Assembly (NCBI GenBank): GCA_025349965.1
Contig: CP075337.1
Span: 300,001-332,000 of the forward strand
Direction: 5' to 3'
Source: Candidatus Saccharimonadota bacterium
GTDB taxonomy: Bacteria; Patescibacteriota; Saccharimonadia; Saccharimonadales; Saccharimonadaceae
Length of the DNA stretch: 32,000 nt
Of the stretch, positions 24,542-32,000 are shown in pieces. The position numbers and the translations under genes were made by a program. Below the pieces are notes generated by a model, which searched no databases, was not told where the DNA came from, and saw only the letters and a program-made list of their open reading frames with translations. Numbering within the stretch: position 1 is the first letter of the stretch; every line of letters begins with the position of its first letter.

Positions 24542-27022
24542 ATGAATGATGATTTTTCAGACTTTATCGCGCATCTCACTGAGAACGCCAAGACAAGTCT
24601 TCATCATGCAACCTTGATTGCCCAGGGCTACGGTAGCTCCTATATTGGCACTGAGCATCTCTTGCTTGGTGTAATGGCACAGAGCGCCTCTGTTGGCGCG
24701 AAGATTCTTGCTGACTCTGGTGTAACACTCGACCGTGCGCAAGCTGCATTGAGCGCTGTTCCTGTAGAGAATAACTTCACCGCCGGCGTACTAACAAAGA
24801 GTTTGAGCGAAACCGCTAAACTCACCTTAAAGATGAGTTGGGATATTGCTCAAGAGTTCCATCATGATCATCTCGGCACGGAACATATCCTCTATAGTAT
24901 TTTGACGCAAAATAATGCTCGCGCTACCGTCCTCCTGCGTGACATGAGCGTTGATATTCCTGAGCTCGTCGCCGAGCTTGAAGGCTATCTTGACCGCAAC
25001 AGCGACGTCGCTGAAGAGCAGGAAGAAGGCCTTCGTACGAAACAGCGCCAGCCTCGCGAAAAGGGCATGCTTGGTCTCTACGGGACTGATCTTACGGCAC
25101 GCGCAAAAGCAGGCCAGCTTGACCCTGTAATTGGTCGTACTGAGCAAGAGCAGCGCGTGGTAACAATCCTCACGCGTCGTACCAAAAATAACCCCGTTCT
25201 CATTGGTGAGCCGGGCGTTGGTAAGACTGCGGTTGTTGAGGGTGTCGCGCAGCGCATTGCAAACGAGGAGGTGCCAGAGCATCTACTCGATAAGCGTATT
25301 ATTCAACTCGACCTTGCAGGTATGATTGCCGGCACAAAGTATCGGGGTGAATTTGAGGAGCGTCTTAAGAAGGTACTCCAAGAGCTGCAAGAGCAGCCAA
25401 ATGTCATTATCTTTATTGATGAACTCCATCTTTTGGTTGGCGCCGGTGCAGCAGAGGGTGCGCTTGATGCGGCGAATATGCTGAAGCCAGCGCTTGCGCG
25501 TGGTGAGGTTCGTCTGATTGGTGCAACTACACTTGATGAATATCGCAAGCATATTGAAAAAGATTCAGCGCTTGAGCGTCGCTTCCAAACTGTTATGGTG
25601 CCAGAGCCGAGTGTAAAAGATTCAATTGCAATCATGAAGGGCCTTCGTCCGTACTACGAAAAGTACCACGCCGTTTCCATGAGTGATGAAGTAGTGGAGG
25701 ACGCTGTCTATATGGCCGACCGCTACGTCAGCGAACGTTTTATGCCAGACAAAGCCATTGATGTGATTGATGAAGCTGCGGCGCGTGTCCGTGTAAAGAT
25801 GGGACACAAACCAAGCAAGGTTCGTGATTATACTAAAGAACTCAAGCATCTCAATGAAAAGATGGAAGAGGCGGTCGCGGCTGAAGAGTATGAGCGTGCG
25901 GCACTGTATAAAACTCGCGTGAGCCAAATTAGTGAAAAGCTTGAAGCTTCCCGCGCTGAATATGAGAAGAAGACACCGGTTGCACTGACCTCTGATGATA
26001 TTGCCCATGCAATCGCACAAATGACCGGTATTCCTGTAAAACGTGTCCAGAAGTCCGAGGCTGGCATGCTACGTAAGCTTGAAAAGCATCTCGGTAAGCA
26101 CGTGATTGGTCAGGAAGAGGCGGTTGAAAAGGTCTCTCGTGCAATTCGTCGTAGTCGTAGTGGCGTAGCGAGTAGCCGTCGCCCAATTGGTTCATTTGTA
26201 TTTATGGGTCCAACTGGTGTTGGTAAGACGGAGCTTGCTCGCGTGTTGGCGCGCGAAGTCTTTGGAAGTGAAGACGCGCTCATCAAGATTGACATGAGCG
26301 AGTTTAGTGAACGCCATTCAACCGCACGGCTTGTTGGTGCGCCAGCGGGATATGTTGGCTATGAAGATGGCGGACAGTTGACTGATAAAATCCGTCGCCA
26401 GCCGTATAGCGTCGTGCTCTTTGATGAAATTGAAAAAGCAGACCGGCAAGTCTTTAATCTTCTTTTGCAGCTCCTTGAGGATGGAAAGGTGACTGATGCC
26501 AAGGGCCGTTCTGTGGACTTTAGTAATACCATTGTTATCCTCACAAGTAACCTCGGTGCAGATAAAATGTCCAAAGAATCGCAACTTGGATTCAGGGCAA
26601 CGTCACGGCAAGATCAGAAAGCGCTTGATGAAGTGCATGCTGAAAATGCAGTAGCTGCACAAAAAGCACTCGGCGATATCATGCGCCCAGAGCTCATTAA
26701 CCGCTTTGATTCAATCGTAACCTTCCGCGCACTCACACATAAGGAGGTTGGTAAAATCTTTGATGTACTGCTTGCCGAACTTCAGGAAAGATTGGTGCGC
26801 AAGGGTATTAGCCTTGTAGTATCTCCGTCCGCAAAGAAGCTGATTATTAAAGAGGGGTATGACGAGAAATATGGCGCACGTCCACTTCGCAGGGCGATGC
26901 AGGAAATGCTTGAGCATGATATTGCGGATGGTATTTTGCGGGATGCTTATGAAAAGGGTACGGTACTGAAGGCTGTTGCAGTTAAGGGAAAGGTAGTTCT
27001 TGAAGTCCAGCAAGCACAGTAA
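24542..27022 (+). CDS. clpC: ATP-dependent Clp protease ATP-binding subunit ClpC (class I AAA+ unfoldase)
   Basis: Two Clp_N repeats, D1 Walker [10 protein letters not shown], a UVR-like linker ([20 protein letters not shown]) and D2 Walker [10 protein letters not shown]. The start is set at ATG 24542 with a GGAGGA SD. Confidence 0.95.
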   Translation: MNDDFSDFIAHLTENAKTSLHHATLIAQGYGSSYIGTEHLLLGVMAQSASVGAKILADSGVTLDRAQAALSAVPVENNFTAGVLTKSLSETAKLTLKMSWDIAQEFHHDHLGTEHILYSILTQNNARATVLLRDMSVDIPELVAELEGYLDRNSDVAEEQEEGLRTKQRQPREKGMLGLYGTDLTARAKAGQLDPVIGRTEQEQRVVTILTRRTKNNPVLIGEPGVGKTAVVEGVAQRIANEEVPEHLLDKRIIQLDLAGMIAGTKYRGEFEERLKKVLQELQEQPNVIIFIDELHLLVGAGAAEGALDAANMLKPALARGEVRLIGATTLDEYRKHIEKDSALERRFQTVMVPEPSVKDSIAIMKGLRPYYEKYHAVSMSDEVVEDAVYMADRYVSERFMPDKAIDVIDEAAARVRVKMGHKPSKVRDYTKELKHLNEKMEEAVAAEEYERAALYKTRVSQISEKLEASRAEYEKKTPVALTSDDIAHAIAQMTGIPVKRVQKSEAGMLRKLEKHLGKHVIGQEEAVEKVSRAIRRSRSGVASSRRPIGSFVFMGPTGVGKTELARVLAREVFGSEDALIKIDMSEFSERHSTARLVGAPAGYVGYEDGGQLTDKIRRQPYSVVLFDEIEKADRQVFNLLLQLLEDGKVTDAKGRSVDFSNTIVILTSNLGADKMSKESQLGFRATSRQDQKALDEVHAENAVAAQKALGDIMRPELINRFDSIVTFRALTHKEVGKIFDVLLAELQERLVRKGISLVVSPSAKKLIIKEGYDEKYGARPLRRAMQEMLEHDIADGILRDAYEKGTVLKAVAVKGKVVLEVQQAQ

Positions 27023-28013
27023 GCGAATTGCTGCTTTTGCATCATCGCTCGCAGCAGTGCTTTTCATTGCGCTTGGTATCTTTAGTTTCCTTAACTGGCA
27101 AGCGATTTACGATACTATTAAAGCCGCTGCGTACAAGCCGTCTGTGGAGGTAGCGGCGATTGAACGGAATGTCGTGTTTACTTCTGCTGGGACTCGTATT
27201 TTCCATGCTACACAGCCTAGGGTAGTTGATGCTGGGGAGTTTAATAATTCATGTCCACGCCAAGAGGCTGCAAGCGCTATTGTGGGGTGTTACACGCCCA
27301 ATGATGAGGTATTCATCTATAATGTAACGAACGAAAAACTTAACGGTATTGAAGATGTTACTGCGGTGCATGAGTTTCTTCACGCTGCCTGGCGGCGCAT
27401 GGGCAGTGCGGAGCAGCAAAAGATTGGCGCCGAACTACAGGCTGTCTACCAGGAGAAGGCAGATGCCAAACTCAAGGAGCGGATGGCGTATTACGAACGC
27501 ACTGAAAAGGGACAGGAGATTAACGAGCTTCATTCCATTCTCGGTACCGAAATGGCTGGCTTGAGCCCAGAGCTCGAGGCGCATTACGCGCGGTACTTTA
27601 GTAGAGAAAAAGTTGTCCAGCTCTACGATTCGTATCAACATCAGTATGAGCTCTTAGAGACGAAGGCAAAAGACCTGCAAGGTGAAATGAAACAGTTGGC
27701 TGATTCTATCACGTCGCGAACAAATACGTATAATACCGAGGTGGCGAACATGGAGACGGTGATTGCTACATTCAACAGCCGCGCACGTAATCAGGGGTTT
27801 TCTTCACAGGCACAGTTTGACGCAGAGCGAGGTCAGCTCATACGACGGATTAATGCACTAGATGCGAGTAGGGATTCGATTAATCAGTCAATTGAGCACT
27901 ATAACGAACTCCGTACCGACTATCAGCGGATTGCGAGTGAGATTCAAGCATTAAATAATAGTCTTGATAGCTTCAAGGCACTTGAGCGCCCCTCTGGTGT
28001 TCAGCAAATTTAG
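27000..28013 (+). CDS. Membrane-anchored protein with an HExxH motif and a long C-terminal coiled coil (putative extracytoplasmic zincin-like protein)
   Basis: The TTG start has an AGGGAAAGG SD and overlaps the clpC 3' end by 23 nt. Basic N-terminus plus TM ([21 protein letters not shown]). HEFLH lies at nt 27369-27383. About 130 aa of heptad-like sequence follows ([14 protein letters not shown]...[12 protein letters not shown]). Confidence 0.65.
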   Translation: MKSSKHSKRIAAFASSLAAVLFIALGIFSFLNWQAIYDTIKAAAYKPSVEVAAIERNVVFTSAGTRIFHATQPRVVDAGEFNNSCPRQEAASAIVGCYTPNDEVFIYNVTNEKLNGIEDVTAVHEFLHAAWRRMGSAEQQKIGAELQAVYQEKADAKLKERMAYYERTEKGQEINELHSILGTEMAGLSPELEAHYARYFSREKVVQLYDSYQHQYELLETKAKDLQGEMKQLADSITSRTNTYNTEVANMETVIATFNSRARNQGFSSQAQFDAERGQLIRRINALDASRDSINQSIEHYNELRTDYQRIASEIQALNNSLDSFKALERPSGVQQI

Positions 28014-28015
28014 GA

Positions 28016-28024
28016 TGGTACACT
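28016..28024 (+). promoter_or_regulatory. Extended -10 (TGgTACACT) 6 nt upstream of the radA ATG
   Basis: TGgTACACTaagtatATG. No SD. Confidence 0.45.
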
Positions 28025-28030
28025 AAGTAT

Positions 28031-29386
28031 ATGGCGAAAGCAAAAACACAATTTATCTGTCAATCATGTGGCGCAACCTATAGTAAGTGGGTAGGGCGCT
28101 GTGAGAATTGTGACGAATGGAACACACTTGTTGAACAAGTTGTTCAAAGTGCTGGTCAGTCTTCTGTTGATAAGGCTGCCGTAAGTGGCAAAAAAGTGAA
28201 GGTTGAGTCTATTAAGACTGCCAAAGAGGCGAAGTCGGTACCTCGAATCGAAACAGGCATAGGTGACCTTGATGTTGTCTTGGGCGGTGGCATTGTGCAG
28301 GGCTCTGTGACATTATTGGCCGGTCAGCCGGGCATTGGAAAGAGCACAATCTTATTACAGATTGCGGCGGCGATTGCTCGCGGTAATCGAGTGCTCTATA
28401 TCAGCGGTGAGGAATCTGCGCATCAAGTTGCTTTAAGGGCTGCTCGACTCGGCGCAACTAATACTGAAAAGCTTGATTTTGCAGCTTCAACCAGTGCAAA
28501 TGATATTGCGGCGACGATTCGGGATGATAAATACGACCTTGTGATTGTTGACTCAATCCAAACGGTCTCGGTTGATGAAATTACCAGTGCACCGGGAACG
28601 GTGAGTCAGATCACAAACAGTAGCACGGTGCTTATTCGTGCTGCAAAGTCAGCTGGTTCGGCGATGATTTTAGTCGGGCATGTGACAAAAGAGGGAAGTA
28701 TCGCCGGGCCGAAGGTCCTTGAGCACCTCGTGGATGTTGTGTTGCAGTTTGAAGGCGACCGCTATGGTGGTTTCAAGGTGGTGCGCGCAGCCAAGAACCG
28801 ATTTGGCGCTACGAGTGAAGCGGCGATTTTTGAGATGTACGAAGACGGTCTAAGGGTGGTCGAAAATCCATCCGCGGCGCTGCTTGAAGAGCGCCAGTCT
28901 TCTGATGGATCCGTGGTACTCGCAACACTTGAAGGTACGCGCCCACTCCTTGTAGAGATTCAGGCACTTGTGAATCCCACTAGTTTCGGGTATCCTAAGC
29001 GTACAGCAAGTGGTTTTGATTTGAACCGCCTCAACGTTCTTATTGCGGTCTTAGAGCGCCGCACAAAATTGCAATTATCTGATAAAGACATTTACATCAA
29101 CGTTGTGGGCGGACTCAAGCTCAATGATCAAGCGGCCGACCTTGCGGTCTGTATGGCAATTGCCAGCGCTGCGGCAGAACGCAAGATTAACGATAAGACG
29201 GTTGTCTTTGGTGAGGTTGGCCTTGGTGGCGAAATTCGCTCTGTTATTGGGGTGGAGAAGCGTATTGCTGAGGCGAAGAAGCTTGGCTTTACCCATGCGA
29301 TTGCTCCCCGTACAAGCACTGCATCTTCATTTGTGACAGCAGTGAAGGATGTTCGCTCTGCGCTCATAGACTACTTGCAAAAGTAA
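28031..29386 (+). CDS. radA: DNA repair protein RadA/Sms
   Basis: C4 zinc finger CQSCGATYSKWVGRCENCDEWNT, Walker A GQPGIGKST, the KNRFG motif (AAKNRFGAT) and a Lon-protease-like C-terminal domain. Confidence 0.95.
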   Translation: MAKAKTQFICQSCGATYSKWVGRCENCDEWNTLVEQVVQSAGQSSVDKAAVSGKKVKVESIKTAKEAKSVPRIETGIGDLDVVLGGGIVQGSVTLLAGQPGIGKSTILLQIAAAIARGNRVLYISGEESAHQVALRAARLGATNTEKLDFAASTSANDIAATIRDDKYDLVIVDSIQTVSVDEITSAPGTVSQITNSSTVLIRAAKSAGSAMILVGHVTKEGSIAGPKVLEHLVDVVLQFEGDRYGGFKVVRAAKNRFGATSEAAIFEMYEDGLRVVENPSAALLEERQSSDGSVVLATLEGTRPLLVEIQALVNPTSFGYPKRTASGFDLNRLNVLIAVLERRTKLQLSDKDIYINVVGGLKLNDQAADLAVCMAIASAAAERKINDKTVVFGEVGLGGEIRSVIGVEKRIAEAKKLGFTHAIAPRTSTASSFVTAVKDVRSALIDYLQK

Positions 29387-29404
29387 CCTTAAAAAAGGAA
29401 AACA

Positions 29405-30385
29405 ATGGAAATCATTATACTTATTTTGCTGCTTGTTATTGCAGCAGAGGTCACCTATTTGGCGGCTGAATCATATCGAAAGAATCGTCCCGTTAGTCAA
29501 GCGCCTATTTTTGTAGACACTTCGGTGCTGATTGATGGGCGTATTGTAGCAATCGCTGAATCGGGTTTTATTGCACGTCCGCTCTATATCCCACGGAGCG
29601 TCGTTGGAGAGCTTCAGTTTCTCGCCGACAATTCCGATAGTGAAAAGCGCACGCGTGCTCGTCATGGGCTGGATGTTATTAATCAGCTTCAGTCTATCGC
29701 TACTGTTGATGTAGTTATTTTTGCCGATGGCGTACGAGCTGAAGAGGGTGTCGATAATCGCCTGCTTGAGCTCGCGACGAACCATAACGGAGCACTCTGT
29801 ACGATTGATTACAATCTCAACAAAGTTGCCGTCGTACAGGGCATTCAAGTGCTTAATGTAAATGAGCTTGCGAAGACACTTCGCATGGCGTACCTTCCGG
29901 GGGAGAAGATGAAAATCGAACTCTCGCAGAAGGGAAATGAGTCACACCAGGCGGTCGGACATCTCCCCGACGGCACTATGGTGGTTGTAGAGCATGCTCA
30001 TAAGCTTATCGGTTCAATTGTTGAGGTGGAGTTCATTCGTGCGCTTCAAACGGCAGCCGGTAAGATGATGTTTGCTAAGGTCGTCCAGTCGGTCGCGGGT
30101 TCAAAGAGCCAAGTGCGAAAGGCAAATCGCAAGACAGCCGAAGAACAGGCTATTCCAAAGAATCAAGCAAAACCAATCGTTAATCGCGCAAAAGGTACAA
30201 AGCCTGTGGCACCTGTTGAGGTTGCCTCAAGTCCTGCAAAGCCTCGCTCGACAAATCAACGCACGGCTCGTTCGAGTCTGCAAAAGCAGCAACAGAAGGC
30301 TCAGGGTAAGCCAGCGCCAGTACGAAGGAATAATCGCCGAAAGTCACCAGAAGATAGCCTTGTAGAGCTAGCGAACAGCCAGTAA
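29405..30385 (+). CDS. PIN/TRAM domain protein (YacL-like) with an N-terminal TM helix and a basic low-complexity tail
   Basis: TM IIILILLLVIAAEVTYLAA. PIN domain (FVDTSVLIDGRI...CTIDYNLNKVA). TRAM-like beta domain (GHLPDGTMVVVEHA...VEVEFIRALQTAAGKMMFAK). The last ~100 aa are rich in K, R, Q and P. Confidence 0.85.
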   Translation: MEIIILILLLVIAAEVTYLAAESYRKNRPVSQAPIFVDTSVLIDGRIVAIAESGFIARPLYIPRSVVGELQFLADNSDSEKRTRARHGLDVINQLQSIATVDVVIFADGVRAEEGVDNRLLELATNHNGALCTIDYNLNKVAVVQGIQVLNVNELAKTLRMAYLPGEKMKIELSQKGNESHQAVGHLPDGTMVVVEHAHKLIGSIVEVEFIRALQTAAGKMMFAKVVQSVAGSKSQVRKANRKTAEEQAIPKNQAKPIVNRAKGTKPVAPVEVASSPAKPRSTNQRTARSSLQKQQQKAQGKPAPVRRNNRRKSPEDSLVELANSQ

Positions 30386-30409
30386 GTGAATGTAACTACT
30401 ACCGGATAC

Positions 30410-30443
30410 AATAAAACACTGCCATATGCGGCAGTGTTTTATT
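30410..30443. terminator. Bidirectional Rho-independent terminator between convergent genes
   Basis: aataaaacactgcc-atatgc-ggcagtgttttatt forms a perfect 14-bp stem. U-rich tails are present on both strands. Confidence 0.85.
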
Positions 30444-30460
30444 CTTATTGAGAGCTATGC

Positions 30461-32000
30461 CTACTGTAGCGTTTGGCTGAACGTATAGAAGCCTGTATCA
30501 GTGATGGATACTGAAACGCCACCGTCAGAAGATCCCTCGGGATAACGACCTGTATATTCGTTGCCTGACTTACTGAGTGATACCGTAGTGCCGTTTACTG
30601 AAGCAGTTACTCCCGAGCCGTCAACGCCGAATTTTCCAGGTACGACCGTAATAGTGAAGGAGTTTCCAGACTTCCTTAATGAGGCGCTTGGTTTCGCATC
30701 ACCACAGCTATGAGCGTCATCATCTTCTCTGTAGTTATATTCTGCTGGCACTCCGCTGTACACGTCCTTCTTTGTAACAGGGTCTTTGCTCTTAGTGACG
30801 CTGACTTCAATTCGCGCACCTTCTGGTGTACAGTCGGTAGCCTTCTTTTTGGATACCTTGTCGAAAACGATCTTTGCGTTTGAGAGACCTTGGTTCTTGT
30901 TCCACCATGACGGGTAGACTTCCTTGCCAATTCGCTGGATACCCTGAGGTTGCGCGTACCAGTCGTTTGTCTTCCATTTGCCTTCAGGACCATATACCTC
31001 TTGGTGCGCATACTGCATTACAGATGCAACGATAGGGCTACCGATTGAAGATGTACCGTTCTTTAGAATAGTGGTATCAGGGTTACCAAGCCATACACCC
31101 ATAGTGAGTGCTGGGCTGTAACTGAACATCCAGAGGTCTTTGGCAAATCCGCCCTTGTCGGACGTACCTGTCTTGGTTGCAGTTTTAACACCAGGGATAC
31201 GTTTTGCTGCGTAATTTCCAAGTGCAGCGCTTGCATTCTGGTCAGATAGAATGTCAGATACGATATAGGCCGACTGCTCATCAATGATGCGTTTTCCAGC
31301 TGTATCTGTCCACTTTTTTAACGTTTCGCCAGAACTATTTTTTACTTCTAGTATCGAAGATTGTTGCTTGTATACACCCCCACGCGCAACTGACGTGTAG
31401 GCATTGACGAGGTCAACTTGAGTAAGGCCACAACCACCGATTGCCGCTGCAAGACTGGCTGTACGGTCTGCACCCACGGTACAGTAGCTCTTTGCTCCAA
31501 GGTCGCGAATCTCCTTGATAGTAGGTTCTACGCCAGAGATGTTCATCGCTTTTACTGCGGGCACGTTACGTGACGTTGCAAGGCTTGTGCGGATAGTTGC
31601 GTTACCGATGTAGCGACGGTCAGCGTTCTGTAGTTTTGAGCCATAAATTTTATCAATCGGTTCGTCTACAAGGATTGTTCCACTACCGAAGTTCTGCTGG
31701 CCTTCTGGTTTTTGCTGGAAGAGCTGTGTGAACACGAGTGGCTTAATTGATGACCCTGGTTGAATGTATGCAGTGGCTGCATTGTCTTGACCGAAGCCTT
31801 CATAACTAAAGTCTCGGCTCCCCATGAGTGCAATAATTTGGCCGGTCTTTGTGTCTGCTACGGTTGCGGCACCGTTACTGAACCCTGCCCAGTTTGGTGT
31901 TGTTGACTTGAACATGTCTGTCATAGACTCTTCAAGTTTGTCTTGAATACGCACGTCAAGCGTTGTCTTTACTGTAAGTCCACCGCGCCCAACAGTTGCT
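30461..32000 (-). CDS. Class A penicillin-binding protein (transpeptidase part plus C-terminal extension); 5' end outside the window
   Basis: The frame stays open to base 32000 (…GGLTVKTTLDVRIQD…), so the GTG at 31954 is internal. SSIKP active-site serine motif, SRN and KTGT boxes. About 130 extra C-terminal residues of beta-rich sequence. Confidence 0.9.
   Translation of the reverse strand, partial: ATVGRGGLTVKTTLDVRIQDKLEESMTDMFKSTTPNWAGFSNGAATVADTKTGQIIALMGSRDFSYEGFGQDNAATAYIQPGSSIKPLVFTQLFQQKPEGQQNFGSGTILVDEPIDKIYGSKLQNADRRYIGNATIRTSLATSRNVPAVKAMNISGVEPTIKEIRDLGAKSYCTVGADRTASLAAAIGGCGLTQVDLVNAYTSVARGGVYKQQSSILEVKNSSGETLKKWTDTAGKRIIDEQSAYIVSDILSDQNASAALGNYAAKRIPGVKTATKTGTSDKGGFAKDLWMFSYSPALTMGVWLGNPDTTILKNGTSSIGSPIVASVMQYAHQEVYGPEGKWKTNDWYAQPQGIQRIGKEVYPSWWNKNQGLSNAKIVFDKVSKKKATDCTPEGARIEVSVTKSKDPVTKKDVYSGVPAEYNYREDDDAHSCGDAKPSASLRKSGNSFTITVVPGKFGVDGSGVTASVNGTTVSLSKSGNEYTGRYPEGSSDGGVSVSITDTGFYTFSQTLQ

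Noticed and set aside
1-32000. Searched for tRNA or rRNA genes, CRISPR repeats, transposase, integrase or phage genes, terminal inverted repeats, toxin-antitoxin pairs and known defence-system signatures
   Set aside because: No intergenic region shows a tRNA cloverleaf or T-loop (GGTTCGAAT-type) sequence. There are no spaced direct repeats and no recombinase-like ORFs. Every long ORF is explained by housekeeping or the small unknown genes listed above.

Overview
Dense housekeeping region with 27 CDS, 24 on the + strand and 3 on the - strand, and very short or overlapping gene junctions. I found no rRNA, tRNA, CRISPR array, transposase, integrase or large repeat. Confidently recognised genes are a partial PfkB kinase, uvrB, gatC-gatA-gatB, galU, dnaE, a SpoU/TrmH methyltransferase, a PilB/GspE-type ATPase, rplS, rnhB fused to a YraN nuclease domain, an M1 aminopeptidase, a DUF1524/HNH-type nuclease, nusA, a type IV pilin, clpC, radA, a PIN/TRAM (YacL-like) protein and a partial class A PBP. 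The gene content suggests a small-genome, Gram-positive-like or CPR/Saccharibacteria-like bacterium: gatCAB, scattered type IV pilus genes, a clpC-radA-PIN/TRAM block and compact operons. Taxonomy cannot be verified from this window. Points worth a second look: (1) a perfect CIRCE/HrcA operator sits on the clpC promoter. (2) A membrane-anchored HEPN/DUF4145-like Rx4H protein and an AAA_33/PNK-like P-loop kinase are embedded in the gatCAB operon. (3) A 651-aa protein joins an unknown ~430-aa module to a LOG-type nucleotide phosphoribohydrolase domain, next to the PfkB kinase. (4) The 263-nt region upstream of the pilin gene is strongly structured, and its main hairpin reads as an orphan minus-strand intrinsic terminator. 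(5) rplS has a structured leader containing a 19-codon uORF. (6) A -10 box lies 6-9 nt upstream of the start codon at about nine genes, which suggests leaderless mRNAs. (7) An HExxH coiled-coil membrane protein is translationally coupled to clpC. All functional calls rest on motif recognition by eye; no database search was run.
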